Assembly: GCA_036339735.1 (NCBI GenBank)
Contig: JAYZAL010000073.1
Span: 1 to 49,938 of the forward strand
Reading direction: 5' to 3'
Source: Candidatus Poribacteria bacterium
GTDB lineage: Bacteria; Poribacteria; WGA-4E; UBA9662
DNA: 49,938 bases
Position 1 is the first letter of the stretch; each line of letters opens with the position of its first letter. The notes under the pieces were generated by a model. The model was given only the letters and a program-made list of their open reading frames with translations. It was not told where the DNA came from and made no database searches. The position numbers and the translations under genes are program-made. This document shows, one piece after another, positions 9,803 through 20,035 of the stretch.

Positions 9803-11134
9803 ATGAGACGTTTGCATACATCGTTTCTGTTTACTTGCCTCGCAGTATTGATCGTTTCACCGATATTGGCGATGGCTGAAAACTGGCCTTCATGGCGTGG
9901 TCCTAATTCCAATGGAGTTAGTATCGAGACCGGCATTTCCACACGCTGGACGAAAACTGAAAATGTGTCTTGGCGAGTTCCCTTACCTGGTCCAGCAGGT
10001 TCTACACCTATCATCTGGGAAGATAGGATTTTTTTAACTTCGGCTTCTGAGAACGAAGACGATCTATTATTGATATGCCTGAACTCTAGTGGTGAAAAAC
10101 TTTGGCAGAAAAAACTTGGTTCCGGCAATCGTAATGCTCGAGGTAACGAAGGTAATTGTGCCTCACCATCTCCTTGTACTGACGGTAAGTATGTATGGGC
10201 CTATGTTAGTACTGGACATATTGGTTGTTACGATTTTGAGGGTAATGAAATTTGGAAAGGGAATTTGGAAAAATGGTATGGTACCTTTGACCTTTATTTT
10301 GTGATGTCTTCTTCACCCATAGTGGATGGTGATCGGCTTTATTTGCAACTTAATCATAGTAATTTGTCTTTGCTAGATGAAGATGCTGAGCAAAAACGGA
10401 AAGAAGACCAAAAGTCGGTTGGCTTGCTCATAGCATTGAATAAAATGACAGGAGAAGAGATTTGGGTTCATGAACGTCTTAGTGATGCTCATTCAGAGTG
10501 TGAGCATTCCTATGCATCTCCTGTCTTGTATAGGGATGATAAACAAGAATTTATAGTCGTTCACGGTGCTGATTACGTTAGTGGACATCGGTTGACTGAC
10601 GGTAGTGAAATTTGGCGTTGTGGTGGATTCAACAGTAAAGCCCGTTATAATCCTAGCCTCCGTTTTGTTGCAACACCGGCCATTATACCTGGACTAATCG
10701 TAGTACCATCCGCTAAAAATGGACCTGTGATTGGTTTGAGTCCATCGGCTATAGGGCGAATAACAGAACAGTCGGATAGTCATCTTTGGAAGAGAAGTGA
10801 TAATACACCTGATGTCCCATCTCCTCTAATTCATGACGGTTTAGTTTACCTCTGCCGTGAGAATGGTGTTCTAATTTGCATGTCAGCGGACACAGGCGAG
10901 GAAATATACCAAAGACGGACTCACAACAACCGGCATCGTTCTTCCCCTATTTATGCCGATGGGAAAATTTATCTCACTTCCAGAGATGGATTAGTAACAG
11001 TGATTAAAGCTGGTAGAAATTTTGAGGTGTTGGCAAAGAATGAGATTGGTGAAGAAATATCGGCTTCGCCAGCCATTGCAGATGGTACGCTCTATTTACG
11101 TAGCTACAAAGCACTTTACGCAATTCGGAATTAA
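9803..11134 (+). CDS. Secreted PQQ-binding-like/BamB-like beta-propeller protein
   Basis: Signal peptide, ENWPSWRGP, repeated S(S/T)P...G...W blades. Start moved to the ATG at 9803 behind GGGAG. Confidence 0.85.
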   Translation: MRRLHTSFLFTCLAVLIVSPILAMAENWPSWRGPNSNGVSIETGISTRWTKTENVSWRVPLPGPAGSTPIIWEDRIFLTSASENEDDLLLICLNSSGEKLWQKKLGSGNRNARGNEGNCASPSPCTDGKYVWAYVSTGHIGCYDFEGNEIWKGNLEKWYGTFDLYFVMSSSPIVDGDRLYLQLNHSNLSLLDEDAEQKRKEDQKSVGLLIALNKMTGEEIWVHERLSDAHSECEHSYASPVLYRDDKQEFIVVHGADYVSGHRLTDGSEIWRCGGFNSKARYNPSLRFVATPAIIPGLIVVPSAKNGPVIGLSPSAIGRITEQSDSHLWKRSDNTPDVPSPLIHDGLVYLCRENGVLICMSADTGEEIYQRRTHNNRHRSSPIYADGKIYLTSRDGLVTVIKAGRNFEVLAKNEIGEEISASPAIADGTLYLRSYKALYAIRN

Positions 11135-11193
11135 ATTTAATAATTCCACTGAAGGTTATTTAATAAAATTAGGTACACGGTCGGAGGTGTAAT

Positions 11194-13368
11194 ATGCGAA
11201 TTTTGGTTTTGATGTGTTTCTTTTGCATACTAACAACTAATATTAACAGCGCTGATTGGCCGCATTGGAGAGGCCCTAATCAAAATGGAACCTCGTCAGA
11301 GATAGGCTTAATCGATCGGTGGGAAGAAAGCGGCGATCAACTATTGTGGAAGGCTGACTTTGTCGGCCGTTCAACACCTATAGTGATGAATGATAGAGTT
11401 TATGTTATAGGACGAAGTGGGCATGAGATAACTGAGCAGGAACAAATCGCTTGTTTTTCTGTAAACAATGGTGAATTACTATGGGATTATAAATTCAATG
11501 TGTTTCATACAACAATTCCTTTTAACAGAGTTGGCTGGGCAAGTCCTGTTGGAGATCCTGAAACTGGTAATGTTTATGTACATGGTGTCCAAGGTATGTT
11601 TTTTGCCTTTACTAGTGACGGAGAAAAGTTGTGGGAAAAATCTTTGACGGAGACATTTGGCCGGATTTCTGGCTACGGAGGCCGGACACACACACCATTT
11701 ATTGATGGAAATCTGGTCATCATTAGCTATCTCAACACCAGCTGGGGGAGTCAGGCCCCAGGTAGACACCGATATTTTGCCTTCGATAAGAATACCGGTG
11801 AGGTAATTTGGGTTTCCACACCTGGTGGTCCACCAAAGGATACAACTTATTCAGTACCTATTGTTACTACGATTAACGGTCGTCGCCTTCTAATAGCAGG
11901 TAATGCTGACGGATCAGTATATGCTATGGATATCCGGACAGGTAAGTCAGTTTGGAAATTTGCTCTTAGTAAACAACGGGGATTAAATGCATCCGTAGTC
12001 GCTGATGGGCATTTGATTTACGCTTCTCACGGAGAAGAAAATATTGATAATACTGTAATGGGAAGAGTCGTTTGCATCGATGGGCGGGGGGACGGAGATA
12101 TTACCCGAACCCATGAAGTCTGGCGAGTTGATGGCTGTCAAGCAGGCTATAGTTCACCTGCTTTGCATGACGGAAGATTGTATGTAGTTGATCATTCAGC
12201 CAATCTTTATGCCTTTGATTCTAAGACAGGAGACCAATATTGGATTCATAATATCGGTACAGTCGGAAAAGGTTCTCCCATCTGGGCGGATGGTAAAATT
12301 TATGTTACCGAAGTCAATGGCCATTTTCATATTTTATCAGTTGGGCCAAGTGGAGTTAAAGTTGCTAGTACTGTTCAATTGAAAGTCAACGAAAATACAA
12401 AAAAAATCGAAAAAAGAAAACAACGTTATGCTGAAATTTACGGCTCGCCAGCAGTAGCCAACGGTCGGATCTTCTTTACTACTGAAGAAGGGATTTATTG
12501 CTTAGGTTATTCAAAGCAAGCACCTGCGACTCTTCGTTTGGTTCCGGCTGAGGTTGTTGTGCGACCAGGTCAGAAACTGACTTTCGATCTACGCTCTTTT
12601 GGCAATTCAGAGGGCAACAAAGAAGGATTACCACTTCAACTCGATCAAGTCAATTGGTCTAATAAAGGTTTATCAGGCACGATTGACAGTGGCACATTAA
12701 CTCTAAATGCAGATTCTACAAGTCATTCAGGGACAATTACTGCTCAGGTGGATGGTTCTAAAGCTACCTCACGTGTTCGTGTTATAGCTCCGTTACCTTG
12801 GCTAGAAGATTTTGAACAAGTTGACTTGGATACATTTCCTACTCATTGGATTGGTGCTGGGAGCAAATTCTTTGTCCGTCAAGACGGGAACAATAGGATC
12901 TTGGTGAAACCGCCAGTCAAACGAGGACTTAATCGTTCAGTTGTTTTTATTGGTACACCCGAAATGAGCGACTACACTATACAAGTCGATCTGAAAGGTA
13001 GTAAAAACAAAAGGCGAATACCAGATATGGGATTAGTCGCAAATCGTTATATCCTAGACATGCAAGGAATTCATCAAAGATTACAAGTTCGGTCTTGGTC
13101 GTCCGACTTACGAATGGCAAAGCACATCGACTTCGAATGGGATGTCAATGTGTGGTACACAATGAAAATGCAAGTGAAGGTAGATAGTGGCCAAGCAAGA
13201 ATTAAAGGTAAAGTTTGGGTAACAGGTCAAGCAGAACCAAATGAATGGAGCATTGAAGTAATAGATCCACTAGCCAATAAAACTGGTAGCCCAGGCATTT
13301 ACGGTTATTCGTCTGCTGAAATTCAGTACGACAATCTAGAAATAAAAGCTAGCAAGGGAGAAGAGTAA
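11194..13368 (+). CDS. Secreted PQQ-like beta-propeller with C-terminal Ig-like and beta-sandwich (lectin-like) domains
   Basis: Signal peptide, DWPHWRGP, propeller repeats to about aa 440, then beta-rich domains (DYTIQVD...WYTMKMQV...GSPGIYG...YDNL). The C-terminal domain calls are inference. Confidence 0.8.
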   Translation: MRILVLMCFFCILTTNINSADWPHWRGPNQNGTSSEIGLIDRWEESGDQLLWKADFVGRSTPIVMNDRVYVIGRSGHEITEQEQIACFSVNNGELLWDYKFNVFHTTIPFNRVGWASPVGDPETGNVYVHGVQGMFFAFTSDGEKLWEKSLTETFGRISGYGGRTHTPFIDGNLVIISYLNTSWGSQAPGRHRYFAFDKNTGEVIWVSTPGGPPKDTTYSVPIVTTINGRRLLIAGNADGSVYAMDIRTGKSVWKFALSKQRGLNASVVADGHLIYASHGEENIDNTVMGRVVCIDGRGDGDITRTHEVWRVDGCQAGYSSPALHDGRLYVVDHSANLYAFDSKTGDQYWIHNIGTVGKGSPIWADGKIYVTEVNGHFHILSVGPSGVKVASTVQLKVNENTKKIEKRKQRYAEIYGSPAVANGRIFFTTEEGIYCLGYSKQAPATLRLVPAEVVVRPGQKLTFDLRSFGNSEGNKEGLPLQLDQVNWSNKGLSGTIDSGTLTLNADSTSHSGTITAQVDGSKATSRVRVIAPLPWLEDFEQVDLDTFPTHWIGAGSKFFVRQDGNNRILVKPPVKRGLNRSVVFIGTPEMSDYTIQVDLKGSKNKRRIPDMGLVANRYILDMQGIHQRLQVRSWSSDLRMAKHIDFEWDVNVWYTMKMQVKVDSGQARIKGKVWVTGQAEPNEWSIEVIDPLANKTGSPGIYGYSSAEIQYDNLEIKASKGEE

Positions 13369-13374
13369 ATCATT

Positions 13375-14847
13375 ATGAACAAAAACAGGTCACTTTTCCA
13401 ACAGTTATTTTACTTGGCTATTAATAATCTGTTGTGTTTACTTTGTTTATCAGTTGTAGCAGATCAACATCCAGCTGATCAGTCAGTTGAAACCACTATG
13501 TGGGGATTTAGCCCTGACCGAAATTTAGTTTCAGCGGAAACTAATTTACCTTCTGAATGGGATGTTGATAATGGAACTAGTATCAAATGGGTGGCTCAGC
13601 TCGGTTCTCAAAGCTATGCTGGTCCGATTATTCACCAAGGTAAAATTTTTGTTGGTACTAATAATCAGGCTGTTTACAACCCCAAACTGACAGGGGATCG
13701 TGGGGTGTTGATCGCCTTCAATGAAGATGATGGAAAGTTTCTCTGGCAAATTACACATACTAAACTTTCTGCTGGTCGGGTTAATGATTGGCCTCAGCAA
13801 GGTATCTGCTCTGCTCCTTATATTGAAGGCGATCGAATATACTATATATCTAACCGTTGCCAAGTGGTTTGTATTGATACCGAAGGGTTTCTAGATGGTG
13901 AGAATGATGGTCCTTATACCGAGGAAAGTGATACAACTCCAATTGATGGTGATATTGTTTGGATTTACGACATGATGGAAGAGTTAGATGTCTTCCCTCA
14001 TAATCTAGCAACATGCTCACCGGTTGGGGCTGGTGATCTGTTATTTGTTGAAACAAGTAACGGTGTTGATGAAGGACATATTCACATTCCGTCGCCTTTG
14101 GCCCCAAGTTTTATAGCCATAAATAAAAATGATGGTCAATTAGTTTGGGAGGACGACTCACCTGGTGAAAGTATTCTGCATGGGCAATGGTCGAATCCAG
14201 CTTATGCAATTATTAACGAGCAACCACAGGTAATTTTTCCTGGAGGTGATGGTTGGGTATATAGCTTCGAAGCTGAGACTGGAAAGTTAATTTGGAAGTT
14301 TGACTGTAACCCCAAAGATTCAGAATGGGAATTAGGAGGGCGTGGTACCCGTAATAGCATTATTGCTACACCAGTTATTTACAATAACCGCGTTTATATC
14401 GGTGTCGGTCAAGACCCTGAGCATGGAGAAGGTGAAGGCCATCTATGGGCTATCGATGCGACCCAAACGGGTGATATTACTGAGACTGGTGCGGTATGGC
14501 ATTTCGGTAATGAAGATTTTAACCGTACTATGTCTACTGTTGCCATCTATAACGGGCTTCTTTTTGTAGCCGATCTAAGTGGGTTCGTCTACTGTCTTTC
14601 AGCAGATACGGGTGAGCATTACTGGACATATGATACGTTTGGTGCAGTTTGGGGGTCAACTCTTGTTGCAGATGGAAAAGTCTATATTGGCGATGAAGAT
14701 GGAGATGTAGCTATTTTAGCCGCAAGTAAAGAGAAAAAGTTAATCTTTGAAACCAATATGGGAAGTGCCGTTTATACGACTCCAATACCTCACGATGGCG
14801 TTCTCTATATTGTCAGTCGTAATAAGCTTTTCGCAATCGAAAAATAA
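13375..14847 (+). CDS. Secreted acidic PQQ-like beta-propeller protein
   Basis: Hydrophobic leader, IKWVAQLGSQSY, repeated G.L.W blades, DGKVYIGDEDG; starts 6 bp after the previous gene. Confidence 0.85.
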   Translation: MNKNRSLFQQLFYLAINNLLCLLCLSVVADQHPADQSVETTMWGFSPDRNLVSAETNLPSEWDVDNGTSIKWVAQLGSQSYAGPIIHQGKIFVGTNNQAVYNPKLTGDRGVLIAFNEDDGKFLWQITHTKLSAGRVNDWPQQGICSAPYIEGDRIYYISNRCQVVCIDTEGFLDGENDGPYTEESDTTPIDGDIVWIYDMMEELDVFPHNLATCSPVGAGDLLFVETSNGVDEGHIHIPSPLAPSFIAINKNDGQLVWEDDSPGESILHGQWSNPAYAIINEQPQVIFPGGDGWVYSFEAETGKLIWKFDCNPKDSEWELGGRGTRNSIIATPVIYNNRVYIGVGQDPEHGEGEGHLWAIDATQTGDITETGAVWHFGNEDFNRTMSTVAIYNGLLFVADLSGFVYCLSADTGEHYWTYDTFGAVWGSTLVADGKVYIGDEDGDVAILAASKEKKLIFETNMGSAVYTTPIPHDGVLYIVSRNKLFAIEK

Positions 14848-14875
14848 AGTTTATCAACATAAGGAGATTAATAAA

Positions 14876-15967
14876 TTGTCAGCCCACCAAGCATTCAATC
14901 AAAGTGAAGCCGAGCAAAAAGCCCGAGAAGACCTTGATGCACATGTTAGACATGTGATTAACTGCCACTTTGATCCGAAAAAAGGCACACCATTTTGGTT
15001 AGAATATGCTGAAAAACTTGAATTTGACCCAAGAGATAAGATTTTGAGTTACCAAGATCTTAAATTGCTGGGGCATTTTGAAGATGAATGGTTACGAGGA
15101 GGGCCTATTCGGCGATGGGTTCCAAAATCGATGGAACACCTACCGACCTACGTTTTTGAAACTGGGGGCTCTACTGGTCTTCCAAAGTCTCGTATTAGTA
15201 TTCGAGATTTCCAAATTGATTACGAGATGTTCAGTGAACACTTGTCGGCTGAGACCTTCCCGCTTGGTAGTGATTGGTTAATGCTTGGTCCTAGTGGGCC
15301 TCGCCGTTTACGATTAGCCGTTGAGCATTTAGCACAGATACGAGGAGGGGTGTGTTTTTTAGTTGACTTAGACCCGCGTTGGGTGGGGAAATTAGTCAAG
15401 CAAGGAAAACATCAAGAATTTGAGGCATATCGTGATCATGTGATACACCAAGCATTACAATTGCTAAAAGCTCATGAAAATATTAGTTGTCTCTTTACGA
15501 CACCCAAACTATTAGAAGCCCTATGCGAAAAGATTTCACTCAATAAAGTTGGTATTACCGGCATTTTCTGTGGAGGAACAGAGATGAATGCTCAGTTTAA
15601 TCGATTTGCTAGAGAGGAGTTAGTGCCAGGTATTGACTTCGTTCCCACATACGGAAATACGCTAATGGGACTGGCTTACTCTAAAGCATTTGATCCTGCT
15701 GACGAGTATTCAATTACATACTATCCACCACAACCTAGAGCAGTAATCGAACTCGTTGAACCTGATAATCCTGAACATGTAGTAGACTATAATCAAACGG
15801 GTCGTGTAATGTTAACTACATTGACTGAGGAATTTTTTATGCCTCGATTCTTAGAACGTGATGAAGCCGAACGTGCCCGACCGATTTCAGATTTTCCTTG
15901 GGATGGCGTTCGGGACTTGAGGCTGTTCTCTGAATTGCAAGAGAGTGTTTCAGTAGGTGTATATTGA
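14876..15967 (+). CDS. EhpF/GriC-like adenylate-forming enzyme (ANL superfamily, short form)
   Basis: HF...GTPFW, FETGGSTGLPK P-loop, DLDPRWV, TTPKLL, GGTE, YGNT, PRFLERD and C-terminal GVY, matching my recollection of EhpF. TTG start at 14876 behind AAGGAG gives 363 aa. Confidence 0.8.
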   Translation: MSAHQAFNQSEAEQKAREDLDAHVRHVINCHFDPKKGTPFWLEYAEKLEFDPRDKILSYQDLKLLGHFEDEWLRGGPIRRWVPKSMEHLPTYVFETGGSTGLPKSRISIRDFQIDYEMFSEHLSAETFPLGSDWLMLGPSGPRRLRLAVEHLAQIRGGVCFLVDLDPRWVGKLVKQGKHQEFEAYRDHVIHQALQLLKAHENISCLFTTPKLLEALCEKISLNKVGITGIFCGGTEMNAQFNRFAREELVPGIDFVPTYGNTLMGLAYSKAFDPADEYSITYYPPQPRAVIELVEPDNPEHVVDYNQTGRVMLTTLTEEFFMPRFLERDEAERARPISDFPWDGVRDLRLFSELQESVSVGVY

Positions 15968-16252
15968 AGTAATAAGAATAGTAATCGCATAAGCTTGATA
16001 TGCCCAGTGATTTGTCCCAAACCAATTTGGTACTGGTGAATTGTATTTTGATCAAGACAGATTGGCAACCGTTTATTCGAGTCCTACATGAATGATTCGG
16101 AGAGTGTGCACTGATGAATCTTTTTCCCGTTTTTGTCGCTGTTCTTAGTATTCATTTAACCAATATTCTCTTTATAAAGTTCCGTTGTTAGGAAAAATGA
16201 GTCCTGTGGTAAAATCCGAGCTGAATATTCCGTATGAAAGGAGTTATTACTT

Positions 16253-16577
16253 TGGAGATTCATATTGCCAAAGTCAGGCTTTTAGGACTGTCGTACTAAA
16301 ACTGTGAGACGACTACAATTGAACTTAGCTCAATTTGTTATCAGAAAATGACTCAATCTCTCGCTCCGATCAGTTAATGGTATGTTTATTCCTTATTTCG
16401 TCGTTGGTCCTAATTTTGGATTTATCGGTCTAAGACCTAAATAATAATGTAAATTTCTGTCAGTATTAAACTGATCTAATTCAAGTCAATGCAATTTGTC
16501 CAGAAGTCTCTAACATTTCAATCAAATAATTTAGTCATTTTAGGCACTGATTTGGCTTAGTACTGGAGATTCATATT
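16253..16577 (+). repeat. 14-bp direct repeat TGGAGATTCATATT (16253-16266 and 16564-16577)
   Basis: Exact copies 311 bp apart, with similar upstream flanks (TTATTACTT vs TTAGTAC). Confidence 0.7.
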
Positions 16578-16687
16578 TGGATTCATGAGAGAAAATAAAC
16601 AAGGGGTGTTTTCTCTGTTCACTTCGAGAAACCAAACAATTCATCTGTCCTAACGCTTGGTCAAAATTAACTACTCCATCAACCGGT

Positions 16688-16727
16688 CTTCCACAACAGT
16701 TCTGTTGGTTATCAACTGTTGTGGAAG
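16688..16727. repeat. Perfect 14-bp inverted repeat (hairpin)
   Basis: CTTCCACAACAGTT - 12 nt loop - AACTGTTGTGGAAG; extendable by CCATCA/TGATGG across a bulge. Confidence 0.85.
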
Positions 16728-17234
16728 GTGATGGTCTGAACGGGAAATACTCCAGTCCGACTGTAATTCGGCATGTCATTTCTATCGATCAGATCATTAA
16801 CAAAACACATGGTAGGAAAAATAGAACTGGATTTTGAATCTGTGTGCCATCTGTGTTAGTACGGCTCGTCCATAATCTCTGCGTTTTTGCTTTGACAAGC
16901 CATAAGTATAAGCTTCTCTGTAATTCAGTACAAGTGGTGCTAATTGTTCGACAAAGGTAACAACTCAAAAATATTGCGTTGTTGTAGTAACAAACCTGCC
17001 TGAGTTATTTAAAATATTGAAAAATACGTTTTGTATTTACCATTTTTTTAAACTAATATTAGTATCTATAAGGCCAATGTCGAAGATCAAATCTACCGAT
17101 GTAATAGAGTTAGGGAGATTGGGATTTGATTGAGTAAATGAAGTAACAGACGTAAAGTTCAGAGTTGACTAGATTTTTCTCCACTTCATCGAAAACGATT
17201 AGGTAGCTCAGATTCATAAGACAAAGTAGCATTG

Positions 17235-18046
17235 ATGATTACAATAACGCAGCAGAAACAATATAAAGAAGATGGATATTTCATTGTTAGGAATTTGGTC
17301 GATCCCTTGATCATAACTGAAATTAAGGACACTATTCTTGATTTTATCGACAATCCAGGAAATCTAAAAAAGTTCTCGACCTAGAGTTAGTTGTCCATAA
17401 AGGGAAAGGGGAGCACCTCACTCATAAAGAAAAGTTCCGTAAGCTACAACAACTAGGAAGACACAGACCCAAAGTTGGAATAATTATTATGCAGATCCTA
17501 ATGTTTTATCAGTAGTTCGATCGTTATTAGGAGATAATTTGTTGGTCAAATATGACTCGGTATTCCTCAAACCTGCCAGAACAGGAGGCGCTACACCGTG
17601 GCATCAAGATATCGGCCGGCCTATGGCGAGATGACCACGTTGAAGCAGCTAACACATGGGTTGCTATCGACCCGGCTACTAAGGAAAATGGCTGTATGCA
17701 GTTTTTACCAGCTAGCCATCACGAAGGTTTAATTGACCACGTTTTGTATGAGGATAGCCTGCATCGAGAACTCCCGCGTGAGTTCGCAGCCAATCTAGAA
17801 GGTGTAATCGATATAGAACTTGAACCTGGGGACGTTGTTTTTTGGCACTCTTATATGTGGCACTACAGCCCGCCCAATGTTAGTGATCATAGCAGAATTG
17901 GTATGGGAGCAGTCTGGGTTGATTGGAAGCAATCTCAAACTTCACCGAAAGAATATTTTTGGGTAATGAAAGATGGAATAGCACTTACTTACCCACCAGA
18001 GAAATTAATTGTGAATGATGAGAAATATGACCCTTCTTTCAAGTAA
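17235..18046 (+). pseudogene. PhyH-family dioxygenase pseudogene with three frameshifts
   Basis: MITITQQKQYKEDGYFIVRNL start; shift near the A6 run at 17366-17371; shift near 17475; FLKPARTGGATPWHQD; 4-bp duplication CGGC at 17613-17620; then WVAIDPATKENGCMQFLPASH...WHYSPPN..R. Confidence 0.85.
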
Positions 18047-18280
18047 AACAGGTAAGATGAATCAATTTCACATAAAATATGACAGAGAGCATGGCAGAAG
18101 GTTTCTAATTTACCAAACAAAAAACTTTTACTATTCAGTTATAACAGAGAATTTACTGTAGTCTGAGGTAAATTAATAGTAACTAATAAAAAGAGAACCT
18201 GATTTCCTGAAAGGTTATCTGTGGCAATTATTGGCTACAACTGACTTACCACAGGTTCAATGAAACTATAGGAGAATCAA

Positions 18281-19702
18281 ATGTTGCACATCCCCTTACT
18301 GAGAGCTGGTCAACCTTACGAAAGCCTTTCCACTGTCGAAGTAGAACATAGCCAAAATGGAGAACCAATGGCAGTGATGAGTTTAGCTAATCGAGGGTTG
18401 ATTTCACGGGATATGCTAAATCAAGCTCAACGCAAGCGCGATCTGGACCAATTCTCCGTTGCTGAGTTAATTGAAATTAGCAGCAAAGCTGGCCAATACT
18501 TTTTGACAGCTGATTTGCAAATAGGGGACCAGAATCAATCCCCCCAAGATTATGTTGATCAATTATCTGCATCAACAGGTGTTCCAAAAACATTATGTAG
18601 TCAGAATATGAATAAAATCGCCACTGTCCTGAAAAATGTCGCCGAAGTGCTAGGAGGCCTGAGCCGTGGACTAGACTTATCCATTCTGGATCAAGGGTGG
18701 GGAAAACAGCATGGTCGAATGATTGGTTACTTATGTAGTACCAATAGCCTAGGTGGGATTTTACCGAGCAATTCTGCTGGTGTCCATTCTCTCTGGGTAC
18801 CTTCTATCGCTTTAAAAGTTCCATTAGTATTGAAACCTGGAAGTACCGAACCATGGAGTCCTTACCGAATTGCACAAGCTTTTATTAAGGCTGGCTGCCC
18901 TTCTTCAGCTTTTAGTTTATACCCAACTTCATATGACGGCGCCACGGAGATTTTGCTTCGAGCAGGACGTTCGGTACTTTATGGTAGTGAATCAACTGTT
19001 GCTCCTTGGAGATCAGACCCTCGTGTTCAAATCCATGGAACTGGTTGGAGTAAAATTTTAGTTGGAGAAGACACGATTGATAGTTGGAAAGATTATCTTG
19101 ATTTGATGATAACGTCAGTTAGCCAAAACAGTGGTAGATCATGTATAAACACTTCTAGTATTTGGGTTCCATCACAGGGCCGAAAAATTGCCACAGCACT
19201 GGCAGAGAAGTTAAGTGATATTGCCCCGCTTCCTCTAGATCACCCAAAAGCTAAGCTATCGGCTTTTGCTAATCCGAAAGTAGCCCATCAGCTACAGTCA
19301 ATGATCGAAAGACATCTTAAAACGCCTGGAGCGGTTGACATCTCGAATCAAGTTTTCGGCCAACCGACATTAGTCGAATCCAACGGCTATACTTTTTTAC
19401 AACCCAAGGTTATATATTGCATTGACCCTAGTCATCCACTAGCTAACACTGAAATGCTATTTCCATTCGTTAGCGTGGTCGAAACACCACAATCAGATAT
19501 GCTGGACCAAATTGGCTCAACATTGGTAGCAACAGCCTTAACAGAAACTCAAAATTGGATAGACGACCTACTTCACTGTTCACACATTGATCGGCTAAAC
19601 CTAGGAGCGATTCCTACAAACCAGATTTCTTGGGACCAACCCCACGAAGGTAACTTGTTTGAACTACTGTACCGACAACGTGCGATGCAGGCAATAGCCT
19701 GA
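18281..19702 (+). CDS. Aldehyde dehydrogenase-fold protein (EhpG/GriD-like acyl reductase candidate)
   Basis: LPSNS, LKPG..EPW, HGTGWSK, catalytic Cys in SGRSCINTS, EMLFPF, QPHEGNL; AGGAG RBS. Confidence 0.8.
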   Translation: MLHIPLLRAGQPYESLSTVEVEHSQNGEPMAVMSLANRGLISRDMLNQAQRKRDLDQFSVAELIEISSKAGQYFLTADLQIGDQNQSPQDYVDQLSASTGVPKTLCSQNMNKIATVLKNVAEVLGGLSRGLDLSILDQGWGKQHGRMIGYLCSTNSLGGILPSNSAGVHSLWVPSIALKVPLVLKPGSTEPWSPYRIAQAFIKAGCPSSAFSLYPTSYDGATEILLRAGRSVLYGSESTVAPWRSDPRVQIHGTGWSKILVGEDTIDSWKDYLDLMITSVSQNSGRSCINTSSIWVPSQGRKIATALAEKLSDIAPLPLDHPKAKLSAFANPKVAHQLQSMIERHLKTPGAVDISNQVFGQPTLVESNGYTFLQPKVIYCIDPSHPLANTEMLFPFVSVVETPQSDMLDQIGSTLVATALTETQNWIDDLLHCSHIDRLNLGAIPTNQISWDQPHEGNLFELLYRQRAMQAIA

Positions 19703-20035
19703 AAAATAAAGGACAATTTATAGAAGACAATGCGAAACTTCTGGACTTAAAAGTTTAAACCTGAGTACCAGTCTTGTTGCTACTGAAACTTATCATGTGT
19801 TAACTTTGACTTGAAACTAGTCTCAGGAAACGAAAACCAGATTTCGACTTACTGATGCCAAGTGTTTATTGTTCAGAGATCTACGGCAAATTAATAACTA
19901 GAGTGTAGCTAAAAAAGATTACCTCAGCGAACAAACTATTCCTGTAGGAGTCAACTTCCAGCAAGGTTTAGAGTAACAAAACTTTATCTTTTCAGACTAT
20001 CCGTTAAGACAATGAAGTCTGGTTCCGATTCGAAT

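Noticed and set aside
9803-14847. True PQQ-dependent dehydrogenases or BamB
   Set aside because: Only generic propeller repeats are recognisable. I saw no quinoprotein active-site signatures, pqq genes or bam context.
16111-16117. CTGATGA hammerhead ribozyme core
   Set aside because: No stem II followed by GAAA, and no flanking helices.
16738-16768. Cobalamin riboswitch-like GGGAA...ACTGTAA
   Set aside because: Lacks the intervening conserved hairpins and a B12 box, and no B12-related gene follows.
16540-16779. 79-aa minus-strand ORF in the insert
   Set aside because: No recognisable motif or clear RBS. It could be a gene remnant but cannot be supported.
14876-19702. Phenazine or lux biosynthetic cluster
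   Set aside because: No phzA-G or luxABD homologues in the window; only the adenylation/reductase-like pair is present.
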